Origin: Scenedesmus sp. PABB004
Taxonomy: Eukaryota
NCBI GenBank assembly: GCA_014905635.1
Contig: JABVCE010000003.1
Span: forward strand, 1,302,001 to 1,366,000
Reading direction: 5' to 3'
DNA length: 64,000 nt
Part shown: positions 11,001-23,001 of the stretch, one piece after another
Position numbering within the stretch: position 1 is the first letter of the stretch
How the letters are laid out: each line of letters opens with the position of its first letter
The notes under the pieces: generated by a model
The model's input: the letters and a program-made list of their open reading frames with translations, nothing else
What the model was told of the DNA's origin: nothing
The model's database searches: none
Position numbers and translations under genes: made by a program

Positions 11001-14000
11001 CCGGCGGCCCGGGGGCGGGCACGGCGGCGGCGGCGGTGCGGCGGCGCGCACGCGCGCGGGGGCGCGGCGCGGTCACCTGCTCCACCTCCAGCCGGCTCAT
11101 GCTGCCCTGGAGCATCGCGCCGGGCAGGCCCTTGGGCAGGCGCAACACCTGGTCCCGCATCAGGGCGAGGAGCGGCGACACCACCACCACCAGGCCTGCG
11201 GCGCGGCGCGGGCTCGGCGGGAGCGCCGCCGGCGCGCGCGCGGCGGCCGCCGGCGCGCGCAGGCGGTGCGCGCACCCTGGAGCAGCAGCGCCGGCATCTG
11301 GTAGGTCAGAGACTTGCCGAGGCCGGTCGGCAGCACGCCGAGCATGGAGCGCCCCTCGAGCGCGCCGCGCACGAGCGCGAGCTGCTGCCCCCGGAAGCCC
11401 TCGTGCCCCCACACGCCCCGCAGCACGGCCGCGAGCGCGGCGTCGCTCAGCTCCGCGGGGCGCCACGGCGCGCCCGGCTCGAGCCCCGCCATCGCAGCGA
11501 GCTCCGCCTCGCTCAGCGGCGGCGCCGGCGGCGGCGCCGCGCCCGGCGGCTGCCCCGCCGCCGCCGCCGCCGCGGCCGCGCGGTGCTGCGGGTACCCGCC
11601 GCCCGGCGGCGCCGCGCCGCCGTCGGCGGCGGCGCCCTCAGCGGCGCCCTCGGCGGCGCCCGCGGCGGCGCCTGGCACGCCGCCCGCCGCGGCCTCGTCC
11701 TCCAGCTGCGCCGTCTTCCACGCGGCCATCTCGGCCTCCTGCGCCGCGACCTGCGCCGCGCGCAGCGGGCACTCCGCGTCCCAGTGGCCCGCCTGGCCGC
11801 AGCGGAAGCAGCGCCCGCGCCCGCCGCCGCCGCCGCTTGCGCCGCCGGCAAAGCCGTCGACAAACTCTGAGCCCTGCGCGCAAGACGGCGACAGGCGCGC
11901 GGGCGAGGTGAGGCTCGCCGCGACCGCTCGCGGCAGCGGCGCGCTCCTGCTCGCTCCTCCTCCGGCGCGCGCTGCGGCGGCGGCGGCGGCAGCGGCGCGA
12001 GCGTGCGCCGCGCACCTGGCCCGCCATGTGCGGCGCGCGGCGGTGCGCGCGGATGAGGCGGCCGTTGACGACCTTGCTGTGGAAGCGCTTGCCGGTGCCG
12101 CGCGCGCCGGTCTTGGACATGAACTTGAAGCCATACCCTCCAGCGTTGGCTGCCGCAGCACGCGGCGCCGGGCGGGCGGCGGCGGCGGGCGGCGACGGCA
12201 CGCGGCGGCGGCGTGGCGGGTGGTCAGGCGGCGCTGGGCCGGCGCGTGGCACGCGAGGAGCCGGGCCAGGCGGCGCGCCCCGCCAGGCCGGCGGCCGGGC
12301 GCCGGGCGCCCGCTGGGCTCACTCACTCTTGTGGCGCTTGAAGTTCTGGCGGTGCGCGGGCGCCTTGGGCGCGGCGCGGCGCGCCTTCTTGGGCGCGGCG
12401 CCGCCCGCGGCGGCGTCGGCGCGCGGCTTGCGCTTCCGGCCGGGCGCGGCCGCGGCCGCGGCCTCGTCCTCGCCCTCGGCCGCGCCCTCGGCGTAGGTGT
12501 CGGTGCCGGCCGCCGCGGCGCTGCCGCTGCCGCGCTTGGCCGCCGCCCGCCGCTTGGCCGGCGCGCGGCGCCGCCTGGCGGGCTGCTCCTCCTCCTCGCT
12601 CTCGCTGCTGCCGTCGGCCTCGCTGCTGTCCGCCGCCGGCGCGGCCGCCGCGGCACGCCGCCGCCGCGAGGCTGCCTGCAGCCGCGCGGCGATGGGCGCG
12701 TCGTCGTCGCTGCTGCTGCCAGGCTCCTCCGCGTCCGCCCCCTCCTCGCCGCCATCGCCCGCCTGCGCCCCGGCCGCGCGGCCGCTGCGCCGCGGCGCCG
12801 CGCGGCGCCTGCGCACCGGCGCCCGGCGGCGCCGCTGCGGCGCCTCCTCTTCCTCCCAGTCGCTGCTGGCTCCCTCGCTGCCCTGTGCCGCGCCGAAGCT
12901 GGTCCGCTCGTGCTTGTCCCCGGCGCCGCCGCCTGACGGACAGCCGCAGCTGTCGACGCCCTGCTCCCAGCGCGCGCCCCAGTCGGCGTCGGGCGCGGGC
13001 GCCGTCGTGGCCGCCGCCGCGGCGGGCGCGGGCGCCGGCCGCTCGGATAGCGCGGCCTGCAGCTGTGCCTGCTGCTGTGGCACCTGCTGCTGCGGTGCCT
13101 GCTGGCCAATGATGGCCAGGTCATCATCATCAGACTCCAGCAGCACCAGCTGGTCGGGCGGCGGCGCTGCGTCGCGCCCGCCTGCCGCGGCGCCGCGCCC
13201 GCTGCGCGCCGGCGACGCCCTGCGGCCGAGCACCGGCGGGATGGGTGCCGCTTGGCCGCGTTGCCGCGTGCTGCGCTGCTCCTGCAGCGCGCGCGCCTCC
13301 GGCTGCTGGCCGCTCGCGGCAGCGCAGCCCGCCGCTCCGGCCTGGAGCTGCTGCAGCCGCCTGCTGGGCGCGTCCAGCGCCGCCGCAGCCAGGCGCTGCA
13401 TTGGCTTTGGCCGCCGCTGCCCGCCCGCGGCTGCCCCGGCCTGCGCCGGCTCGCCGCCGTCACCCTCCCCCGCCTCGTCGCCGGGCTTGGCGCTCGCGCG
13501 CCTGCCCACCGCCGGGCGCTGCTGCCTGGGCATCGCGTCAGGCGCGGCGCCCACCGCAGCTCGCCGGCCGCCGCCTGGCCGCGCCGCGCCGCCGGCCTCG
13601 GCCGCCCGCTCGTCTGCGGGCTCGGCCGCGGCGCCGCCATGCGTTCGGCGCCTGGACCGGTCCTTAGGCCCGGCGCCAGCGTCGGCGGCCTCCTCGCCAG
13701 GGCCAGCCTGTGCGGCTGCCGCGCCCGCCTTGCTGGCCACGCACCCAGCGGCCGCCCGCTGCCCGCCCGCGCTGCGCTGCCGCGCGCCCTTCGCGTCCCC
13801 GTGCGCCTGCTGCTCCTGCTGCTCCTGCTGCTGCGCCTGCTGCGGCTTGTACAGCCACCTGGGCGGCCCGCTCCCTGCCTCGTCCTGCGCGCCGTTAGTG
13901 CCGCCAGCCACGGCCCCTGCCGCCTGCTGCTGGCGCTGCTGCTGCTGCTGCCGCTGCTGCTGCTGGCGCTGCTGCTGGGCCGCCGCGGCCTCTGCGGCGG

Positions 14001-14782
14001 CAGCAGCGGCAGCCGCTGCGGCGGCCGCCGCGGCGGCCCGCGCTGCCGCGTCCGCCTCCTGCTGCTGGCGCTGCTGCGCCTCGACGCGCTGCCGCACGGC
14101 GCCCAGCGAGGTGCCGCCCTCCTGCCGCCGCTGCGTGAGCAAGCACGCGCGCAGCGCGCCCACGGGGCTCGCCTCCAGCTGCGCGGGCTGCTCGCTTTGC
14201 CCCTGCTCCCGCTCGCTCTGCTGCGCCGCCGGCTCCAGCCGCGGCCGCTTGAAGGGGCTGCGGCACGCGGGCTCGCCGCCGTCGTCCAGCAGCTGCGGCG
14301 GCGACGCGGGCAGGCAGCGGCGGCGCTCGAGCAAGGCAGCGGCGCGGCGCGGCCGCGCTGCGGCCAGCCAGCGCAGCGTCCCCGGGCGGCCAGCCAGCGC
14401 ACCTTGGCGAGCTGCTCCGCGCTGACGCCGACCGCCTCCTGGCCCGCCCCCGGTGCCGCCTCGGCCGCGGCCTCCCTGCGCTTGGCCACCCGGCTGAGCA
14501 GCGCCGGCGCGGCCACGCCCAGCGCGGCCAGGCCGTGCGCGGGCAGCAGCCGGCGCGCCAGGCCTGGCCGCGCGAGCGCCGCCGCCTCGCGCTCCGCCGC
14601 CTGCCGCGCCGCGCGCTTGGCCAGCAGCTCCGGCGTGCTCATCTCGCCCAGGAAGCCTGCGGGCGCGGGCGGGAGGGCGTGGGACGGCCGGCGGCGGCCG
14701 CCGCGGGCGCGGCGCGGCGGCGGCATCGCGCCGCACCCGCCGCGCCCGGCCGCGCCCCGGGCGAGGCCGGGCAGGGCTTCAT
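8045..14782 (-). CDS. RECQL4: RECQL4-like (plant RecQ-like 5) ATP-dependent DNA helicase with CCHC zinc knuckle, multi-exon
   Basis: Zn knuckle RCFRCGQAGHWDAECP; motif I LPTGLGKSLTYQ; VSPLLALMRDQ; DEAHCMAEWGQGFRPAY; LALTATAT; VATVAFGMGLDKPD; YVQQVGRAGRDG; C-terminal ARLLAGLGSP..W..WG...DF typical of RECQL4. ATG 14782 joins in frame through intron ~14658-14736. The N-terminus is long and low complexity. Confidence 0.88.
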
Positions 14783-15114
14783 GGCCCCGATCGAGTCCTA
14801 CGCCGCCACGGTGGCACGTCTGGCGCGGCGCTGCGGGGCTGGGGGCGCGAAGGTGGGCGCCCAGGGTGTGCCTGGCCTGTGTCGGCCAGTGGGCTGCGTC
14901 GTGGCGTGTCGAGTGGGTGGCTCCGCGCGGGCGGGGCGTCTGCGGGCCGCCAGGCGCTGCGCCGCGGCGCGGCGGCGCGCCGAATTCGAGCGCTGAAGCG
15001 CCGCCCGGCGGTTTTCGCGGGCTGGCTGCGCCGCTGGTGGCGCCCGGAGCAGCCGCAGCCCCGCCATCACCCACCGCCACCTCCGGCTGGGCAGGCGCCG
15101 AGCGACGCGCCCCG

Positions 15115-15681
15115 ATGGCGGCGACGGAGCAGCAGCAGCGGGCAGCAGCGGCGCCGCTGCCGGCCGGCGTGCGCGGCCTGGCGGAGCGCTTTGACGAGCT
15201 GCTCGCCGCGCTGACGGCCACGGTGGAGCCCGGCGCGGCGCACGAGTCAGAGGCGGAGCGGGCGGGCGCGCGGCGGCTGGGCGCGGCGCGGGAGCAGTTT
15301 GTCGGCGCCGCCGACGCGCTGCTCGAGCAGCTGGTGGGGCTGCGCGAGGCTGCGCGGGGGCCGGCGGCGGCGAGGACAGCGGGCAGTCCGCGGCGGCGCA
15401 CGCGGCGGCGCCTGACGGAGAGCGCGCGCGCCCCCGCCGCTGCCCGCACGCAGGCCGCCCTGCAGCGCCAGGTCGTGTCGGCGCCGCTTCGCGAGCAGCA
15501 GCAGCAGCAGCAGCAGGAGCCCCCGCCAACGGCAGCGGCCAAGGCGGAGCCGATGGACGTGGACGGGCAGCCGCGCAGCGGCGCGGCGGAGGCGCTCGCC
15601 GCGCAGCACCGCGCCTTCCTCGCGCAGCTGGCGCGGCTACGGCCGCACTCGGGCAGCGCGGGCGGCCGAGCGGGCGGCTGA
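15115..15681 (+). CDS. Small helical hypothetical protein (weak resemblance to a small Mediator subunit such as MED28)
   Basis: MAATEQQQ..LAERFDELLAALTATV..REQFVGAADALLEQL, one intron (~15334-15453), then AALQRQ...AFLAQLARL. The family assignment is tentative. Confidence 0.55.
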   Translation: MAATEQQQRAAAAPLPAGVRGLAERFDELLAALTATVEPGAAHESEAERAGARRLGAAREQFVGAADALLEQLVGLREAARGPAAARTAGSPRRRTRRRLTESARAPAAARTQAALQRQVVSAPLREQQQQQQQEPPPTAAAKAEPMDVDGQPRSGAAEALAAQHRAFLAQLARLRPHSGSAGGRAGG

Positions 15682-15809
15682 GCGGGCGGCCCGACGGGCG
15701 GCGCTGGTGTTGCCCTGCGCAGGCAGCTGCAGGCAGGCAGGCAGGCAGGCACGCGGGCAACCGGCAACTCCGCTGCTCTCCGTTGCTCGCCGCTCGCGGC
15801 CTCGCCGCC

Positions 15810-16808
15810 TCAGGGCTCGCGCTCGCGCTCGCGGCCCGCCGCGCCGCCGGTGCCGGTGACGGCCCGCTTGGCGCGCGAGACCGCGTCCGCCGCGCCGTCG
15901 GCCGCGCGCGCGAGCGCCTCGTCTGCGGCGCTGGTGCGGCTGCCGGAGCGGTCGGGGCGACGCCGAGCGCCTCGGCCGCGTTGTGTGTGATCTCGGACGC
16001 CATGTCGCGCAGCGTGGCGCCGCCGGTCTCCGGGAAGTCGGGCCTGCGGGCGCGCGCGCGCGACGGGGGGGGGGGGCAGGGCGGGGCATCGGCACCGCGG
16101 CGGCGTGCCGCGCGGCGCGCGGCACGGCGCGGCGCGGCAGGTCGCGGGCGGCGCGGGCCAGAGCGTGCGCGCTGGGGCCTCCGAGCCAGCCGCCAGCCCC
16201 TCTACCCCGCCTGCCAGCCGGCGGCGGCAAGGGCGAGGTGCGGCCCCGCGCGCGTGGGGGCGGCCCCGCCGCTGTCGCGCCATGCGCACTCGCCACCGAC
16301 GGCCTGGTTGAGCTTGTCGCCCATCATGCGCATGCTGTCCTGGCTCTTGTTGGCCTCGGCCGCGGCGAGCACATCGGCGTCGATCGGCGCCGCAGGGAAG
16401 CGGCCGGGGTTCTGCGCGCGCGGGCGTGCGGCGCGCGCGGCCGTGCGGCGCGCGCGGGCGCGCGGCCGTGCGGCGCGCGACTCGGCCGAGCCGCGCCGCT
16501 GCCGCCGCTGCCGCCGCGGGCGGACGCGCTCAGCGGTGCTCGGGGCGTGCCTTCTCGGGCAGGTCGTCGTCCGGCTCGGGCGAGAGCCGCGGCTCGCCCT
16601 CGCGCACGACCGGCGCGGACTCGCTGCCGCCGCTGCCGTCGCCGCTGCCCGGCCGCTCGACCACCTTTACCCAGGGGCTGGCGGCTGGCTCTGACTTGCC
16701 ATGGTCGGCACCCCCAGCACGCCGCGCGACGCCTGCAGCTGGTGCGCCGTGGCGGCGGCGGCGGGCCGGCCGGCGGCGGCCGCGCGGGCGGCGACGGCGC
16801 GAGCATCG
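15810..16808 (-). CDS. Hypothetical 3-exon protein with apparent 1-nt frameshifts (assembly error or pseudogene)
   Basis: Coding-like segments SPWVKVVERPG..DDDLPEK|NPGRFPAAPIDADVLAAAEANKSQDSMRMMGDKLNQ|PDFPETGGATLRDMASEITHNAAEALGV, bounded by splice sites. Frame breaks fall at G/C runs near 16713 and 15956. Confidence 0.5.
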
Positions 16809-18123
16809 TGGCGCAGCGGCGGGGCGCGGGGCGTGGCGAGAGAGTGCGGCGTGGCGGCGAGGGAAGTGCGGCGAAGGGAGGTGGAGCAGCGCGTGCGGCC
16901 GCGTCGCGGGCCGCCGCCGACGTCACGCGGGCGTCAGCGCCGCCGAGCTCGGGCCGATCGCGCAGCAATCATGCTGCCCTGCGCCGCCTGCGGCTGCTTG
17001 CGGCGGCAGCCGCGCGGGCACGGTGGCGCCGCCGCAGCCGCCCGCGACCGCGGCGCCGCCTGGAGTGCCGCCGGGAATGTCGCGCGCCTCGCCGCAGACA
17101 CTTTGGCGAGCAGCCGGGGTGCGGGGCGCGGTTGCTGCGGCGGGGCAGGCGCTGGCGAAGTGCAAGGTGGCCTCATTCGAAACGCAGGCCTCCCCAGGCA
17201 TCGCGGGGCATTCGAACAGCTCCCAGGAACGAACACGCACAACGTACGGCGCCGCGGAGGAGTTTTCGGGGCCCCGCGGCGGCGCTGGGCGGGGGCGAGT
17301 TTTTGGTGTCCTGTGCCGCGCGCCCCGCAGGCCTGCGGGGCCTAGGCCTGCCCGCACATACAGGAGCCCCCCCGCCCCGCCGGGCCGCCACACTCACGCG
17401 CACCAGGCGCACCACCTCCTCCTCGACGCGAGGAACCTCCCCACCAGGCAAGCGCCGCGTTTTCACGCGCGTGTCGGGCGGGGGCGCTCGAGTTGGCCGG
17501 CGGTCAGAGCGGCCCGCCCAGGCCGCGCCAGCCGCCCGAGGGCGCGCAGGCCGCGCCGCGCAGCCGGGGGCGCCCCCGGCGGGCGGCGGCGCGGCGCGAG
17601 CGCGCCAGGGGGGCGCTGGGCGCGGCATCTCGTTGTTGAGGCCGCCCCGCCTCGCCGCCCCCGCCCGCGCCGCCACGCAGGCGCCCGCCCCGGACCGCCG
17701 CCGGCACCCTCCGCACCCAACCGGTGAGCGCGGCGCGGCTGCGGCGCCGGCTGCGGCCGGGCGGGCGCGGGCGGTGCGCCCTCCCCGCCCGCGCGGCCCC
17801 GATCCCGCCCCGCAGCGCCCCGCGCGCGGCGCTGCCGTTCCGGGCGGCCGCGGGGCGCGCGCACGGCGCGGCAGCGGGGCGCGCCCGGGCGCAGCGGCGC
17901 CAGCGGGCGGCCTGCGGGTCGGGCGCCAGCCAGCGGCAGCTCCGCCCGCCCCACGGCGCCCGCCCGCACGCCGCCGCCGCGGCGCCCGCGCGGCGCGCGT
18001 GACGGGGCAGCCCCCGGCGTGCGCGCCGGCGGCGCGCGCGCGTTTGATCGCGGCGCCGGCGCCGTTGTTGACCGGCCGCGCGCCCGCCGCACCCGCGCCG
18101 CCGCCGCCGCCGCGCAGGCAGCC

Positions 18124-18557
18124 ATGCCCAAGGCCGCGGCCAAGGAGAAGGCGCCGGCCAAGGAGAAGAAGGCGCCCGCCAAGAAGGCGCCCGCCAAGGA
18201 GAAGAAGGAGAAGAAGGAGAAGGACCCCAACGCGCCCAAGCGCCCGATGGCCGCGTACATGTGGTTCTGCAAGGACAAGCGCGCCGAGATCAAGGCCGCG
18301 CACCCCGACTGGGGGCTCGGCGACATCGGCAAGGAGCTCGGTGCGCTGTGGAAGAAGGTCGCCGACAAGGACCGCAAGAAGTACGACGAGCAGGCGAAGA
18401 AGGACAAGGAGCGCTACGAGAAGGTGCGGCCGCGCCGCCGCTGCGCTGCGCTGCAGCGCGCTCTGCGCCGCGCTGCAGCGCCTGCGCCTGCGCGCCCGCC
18501 CACTCCCCCGCGCCCGCTCCCCCGCGCTTGCAGGAGAAGGCCGCCTACGAGAAGTAG
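18124..18557 (+). CDS. Single HMG-box chromatin protein (HMGB/NHP6 type)
   Basis: KKEKDPNAPKRPMAAYMWFCKDKRAEIKAAHPDWGLGDIGKELGALWKKV..KYDEQAKKDKERYEK|EKAAYEK*. Intron 18424-18533; probable 5'UTR intron 17724-18117. Confidence 0.95.
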
Positions 18558-19033
18558 GCGCGCCCCGCCCCTCGCGCGCGCCCGCTGCCGCCGCTGGCCA
18601 AGTGTCCTTGGCTGCGTGCAGCGGGCTGTGTATCTTGACTGCGCACTGCGTGTACATCGACGCTGCCGGCCGCGCGGCGCGATCATTTTGCATGCAAAGC
18701 GCGGCACGGCCAGGGGGCCCTGACCGCGTCGCGCCGTGACCCGGCGGCCTGCGCCTGCGTGCTCCGCGTGCGCGCGCAGCGCGCGGCGCCGCCCACGGGG
18801 GGCGCGCCCGCCGCTGCCGCCGCCGCGGACCCGGGCGCATGCACGCCCTGACCCGGGGGTGATGACGTGCTCGACACTCGTGTGCGTTCGAAGCGTGGCG
18901 CCGCGGTGGCGCCCGGAAACGACCGATGCACGCCCACGCTGCCGACGAGCCCCGCGCGATCGAGCGCCGCCGAACGAGTGCGGGCAGCAGCAGCGACAGC
19001 AGCCAGCGGCAGGCAGCTTGCACGAGCTTGGTG

Positions 19034-19038
19034 TTACA
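19034..19038 (-). promoter_or_regulatory. TGTAA polyadenylation signal
   Basis: TTACA on + strand, ~140 nt downstream of the minus-strand stop at 19175. TGTAA is the established chlorophyte poly(A) signal. Confidence 0.55.
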
Positions 19039-19174
19039 CGGCCAGCGGCGAGCCGCGCCAGCGACCCCCGCCCGCCCCGCGCTCTCTTGCAGCGCGCGGG
19101 CGGCGCTGCGGCAACAGCCGGCCCCAAAGGTACTGGTACTGTACAGTGAACGCGCGCGCGGGCTGACCGCGGGA

Positions 19175-20581
19175 TCAGCGGCCATCGCCCTCGCCTTGCG
19201 GTCCGTCCGCCTCGCCGCCAGCGGCGGCGCGCTCCTGCGTCGCGGCCGCCTCGGCGGCTGCCGCGCTCTGCTTGGCGCTGAGCGCGAGCAGCGCGGTGCG
19301 CTCGTTGACGGCATTGGCGCCCAGCAGCAGGCCGAGCGCGCCGTAGAGCGCGTCGAGCGCGAGCCGCGGCGCAGGCGTCAGCAGGTCTGCGCGCGCGCGC
19401 GGCGGCGGCGCGGCGCGGGCGGCGGCGCGGCGCGGGCGGCGTCAGGTCAAGGGCGGCGTACGCGCGCGCATGCGTGTGCGCCGCCGGTTGGTCGCCGCGC
19501 ACCCTGTGCCACGACCAGGCCGAGCACGAGGCCCATATAGGCAAAGAGGTACATGCGGAAGGGGCTGCCCACCTCGCCCTCCGCGCTCGCCGTCACCGCC
19601 GCCGCCGCGGCGCGCGCGCCAGCGGGGTCGAGCAGCGCCGAGCACGCGCGGCCGGCGCCGCGCGCGTCGGCGCCGGCCCCGCCGCCGCCGGCGGCCCCGT
19701 CGCCGCCCTCGTCCGCGTCGGGCTGGCCATAGAGGTTGCGAAAGAAGAGGCCCTGGCTGCGCGCCGTGGCCGAGGCGCTCTCAAACGCGCGCAGGTCGGC
19801 CTGGTCCGCCTGCAGGCGGCGCGCGGGCGCGCGCGCGGGCGGGGCGTGAGCGGCGGCGGCGCCGCCGCCGCCGCCACCGCGACCGTGCCGGCGCAGGCCC
19901 CCGCGGCGCCGCGCCCGCCGCACCTTAATCTGGTTCTTGATCTGCTGCACCTGCGCCTCCAGCTCGTTGAGCTTCTCGTTCGCCTCTGACTGCGCGGCCG
20001 CGGCGGCGGCGCGCACGGCCCCATCAGCGGCCGGCCGCGGCAGACAGCTGCCGACCGCGGCGCGCCGCTGCCGACGCCGCGCACCAGCACTTGGCTGCTC
20101 TCCAGCTCGGTGCGGAACTTCTCTATGCTGAGCTCCTCGTCCAGCTGGCTCATGAGCTGCGGCGCGGCGCGGCGCGGCGGTTGGGGCGGGCGGGCGGGGA
20201 GCAGCGCGCCAGCGGGTCGCGCGCCGCGGCGCCGCGCCCGGCGCCGGCCGCCGCGCGCGCCGCCGGGCGGCCCACCTCCTCGCCGATGGCCTTGAGCCCC
20301 TCCACGCGCTCGCGGAGGTCGTCCTTGATCTCCTCCTTGAGCGCCTGGCTCTCCACCTGCGCGCGCAGGACCTGCACCAGGCTCTCCTGCAGCGCCGGGT
20401 CGCCGCCGACGCCCTCAAACTCGCTCCCCGCCGGCGGCACCGACGCCCGCAACCGCACGCACGCGCGGCTGGGGCGCAGCAGGCCCGCCCGCGCGCAGGG
20501 GGCGGGGAGAGCGCGGGAGGCTGCTGCTGCCGCGCCCGCGGCGCGCGGGCCGCGCGCCGTGAGCTGCCCGCTGGTCGCCAT
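19175..20581 (-). CDS. Probable plastid-targeted coiled-coil protein with two C-terminal transmembrane segments, 5 exons
   Basis: Ala/Arg-rich transit-peptide-like N-terminus; coiled coil LQESLVQVLRAQVE..SEANEKLNELEAQVQQIKNQIK; SQGLFFRNLY; hydrophobic MYLFAYMGLVLGLVVAQ and LALDALYGALGLLLG. Exon phases are consistent. Confidence 0.75.
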
Positions 20582-20821
20582 GGTGGTCGCTCTGTCCCAG
20601 CGCCGCGCCCAGGCGCGATCGGAGTGACCCCGCGCAGCCGGGAGGCGTGCAGGCGCGGGTCTGCTGCAGGTTCTCGCTGCCCACCATCGATGATGCGATC
20701 GTGACGGCGCCGAGACCACCCTCAGCTCGGCCGCGCCACGCACGCGCACCGCCACGCACCGCCCACCGCCGCCGCGCCGCGCGCTCGCCGCCACACGCTC
20801 CCTCGCGCCCGCAGCCAGGCC

Positions 20822-22133
20822 ATGCTCCTCTCCCGCGCTGCGCCCGTCTGCAGGCTCGCGGCCGCGCCGCAGCGTGCTGGCGTCTGCGGGTGCGCGGCGC
20901 AGCACAGCGGCGGCTGCGCTGGCAGTGGCGGCAGCGATGGCAGCGGCGCAGCGCGGCGCAGCGCCGGCAGTGGCAGCAGCGGCAGCGGCAGGGCCCACCC
21001 GCTGCGCGTGCAGCCCGCTCACGTGGACCACCCCCACCGCCCTCGCAGGCAGCTGGCGCCGCTGCCGCGCATGGCGCCGGCGCAGCGGCGCGGCGTCGCG
21101 GCGTCCGCCGCGGCCGCTGCGGGCGGGGCCGACGACGTGACCGGCGACATGCTCGCGCCGTCGGCCGCAAATACGCCCTGGGCGCGCGCGCTGGGCACCG
21201 CCGCCGCGGTCGCCGCGACCGCGGCGTCCACCACGGTCATGCCGGCCCAGGGCGCGCACTTCGTGCACCTGCTCTGCTGGGGCGTCATGCTCGTGCGTGG
21301 CCGCCGCTGCGGGAGCGCGCTGCCGCCGCCGTTGGCGGGAGCTCGCCGGTGCCGCCGCCGCGGCGGGAGCTCGCTGGCGCCGCCGCCGTGGCGGGAGCTC
21401 GCTGGCGCCGCGCCCGCCGCGCGAGCGCGCCGCCGCCGCGCCCGCCGCCGCCGCGCGCGCCTTTTCAGGGTGCCAACGTGTGGAACAGCTTCTTCGTTGG
21501 CCTGACAATGTTCAAGAACATGCCGCGCCAGATGTTTGGCCGGTGCGCTGCGTGCCTCGCACGGGCCGTCGCGGGCCCTGGGCTCGCCGCGCCGCACTCA
21601 CCGCCGCGCCGCACTCGCCGCCGCGCCGCAGGGTGCAGTCAAAGCTCTTCCCGGCCTTTTTCGCGCTCACGACCGGCGCCAACCTCGTGCTGCTCGGCGG
21701 CCTCTGGCTCGGCGGCCTCGCGGCCGCGCCGCCCAACGCGGTCGCGACGCTCGGCGGCTGCGCGCTCGCGTCGGCGGCCAACTGGCTCGTCATTGAGCCC
21801 AAGGCGCGCCGGGGGCCGGGGGCCGGGGGCTGGCGCCGCGCGCGCGCGCGGGGCGGCGCTGGGCAGGCGCTGCGGGGCGGCGGCGGGCGCCGGGCAGCCC
21901 ACGCGCCGCCGCGGCCGCCGCGGCCGACCGCCGCCCCGCAGACCACGGCGGTCATGTTTGAGCGCTATATGATCGAAAACAAGGCGGCAAAGGGCCCGGA
22001 TGACGAGGCGGCGATCAAGGCGCTGTACAAGCGCTTCGGCGCGCTGCACGGCGCGAGCAGCGTGCTCAACCTCGGCGTGCTCGCCGCGACCGTCGCGTAC
22101 GGCTGGACCCTGGCCGGCCGCCTCGCGCTGTGA
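20822..22133 (+). CDS. TMEM205: TMEM205 / DUF4149 membrane protein
   Basis: HFVHLLCWGVML|GANVWNSFFVGLTMFKNMPRQMFGR|VQSKLFPAFF...ANWLVIEPK|TTAVMFERY...LYKRFGALHGASSVLNL. The start codon is uncertain. Confidence 0.88.
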
Positions 22134-22142
22134 GGAGGGCTC

Positions 22143-22539
22143 AGGGCGCGCGTGCGCGCGCAGCCGCCGGGGCTCAGGGCGCAGCCGCGAGGCCCGCGGC
22201 GCCGCGCCGCGCGGGGGCGCCTGCGCCGCCCCTGGCGCTGCGGCGGCGCGCGCCGCGTGGCGCCGTCGCACCCGGATGCCACCGGCGCGCTGCGCGGCCC
22301 GCTCGAGCGAGTGTGCGGCGGGCGGCTGATTTGTTACGAGCAGTATCTCGCTGCGCCCCGCGCCGGGGGGCCGTCGCGCGCGGCGGCGCCGCGGCGCGCC
22401 ACAGTGCGCAGCATCGCCAGCCCGAGGCGCCCCACCGACGAGACGCGCCAGGCAGCCACCAGCGGCGCGGGGACGCGCGCGACCGGCCGGGCGCAGACGC
22501 AGCGCCACCAGCGCGCCGCGCCGCTCCGGGGCAGCCCGG
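22143..22539 (+). repeat. Left arm of ~400-bp inverted repeat
   Basis: Reverse complement of 25557-25964. The core ~22198-22526 differs by about one substitution; the outer ~55 bp and the inner end carry small indels. Confidence 0.93.
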
Positions 22540-22567
22540 TAGCGGCGGCTTGCGTACAGGACAGAGG

Positions 22568-22572
22568 TTACA
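22568..22572 (-). promoter_or_regulatory. TGTAA polyadenylation signal of the enclosed minus-strand gene
   Basis: TTACA on +, ~430 nt downstream of the stop at 23002 and just inside the left repeat arm. Confidence 0.5.
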
Positions 22573-23001
22573 GGATTGACCGGCGGCTGTCCCGACAGCC
22601 GACACCAACTCCCGGCACAGACCGGCGTCACGACGCGACAGACAGTGCTGACAAACAATGTGCCCCTCCGAGCCGAGCCGCGGCGCACTCGTCGGTGCGC
22701 GCGGGGCCTTTCTTTCCCCACGCCCGAGGCTCGCAGCAATTCAAGGCACACACACACCGACGCCCCCGTACCGGTGCAAAAAGTGGCGGCCTCCGCCCGC
22801 GCCCGCGTCCGCTGGCCGCGGGCACGCGCGCGCGCGCGCGCGCTGCTGGCGTGCACACCCCTGCGCGCTCGTCCCTCCCGTCGCTGCACTGCACGCACGC
22901 GGCGCTCGCGACATTCTTCTCCGCTGCCTGCGCTGCTCGCCCCCCGCCCCTCGCCAAGCCCGGGTCCGAGTCCGGGTCGCTCCGCGCCAAGCGGCGCGCC
23001 G

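Noticed and set aside
11160..15767. 1535-aa ORF and the many other long overlapping Arg/Ala/Pro-rich ORFs in the track
   Set aside because: Stop codons are rare at this GC content. These ORFs run through introns and antisense strands, and the real genes are spliced.
18859..18865. GTGATGA possible C box in the HMG-box gene 3' region
   Set aside because: No D box at a suitable distance and no terminal stem or guide sequence.
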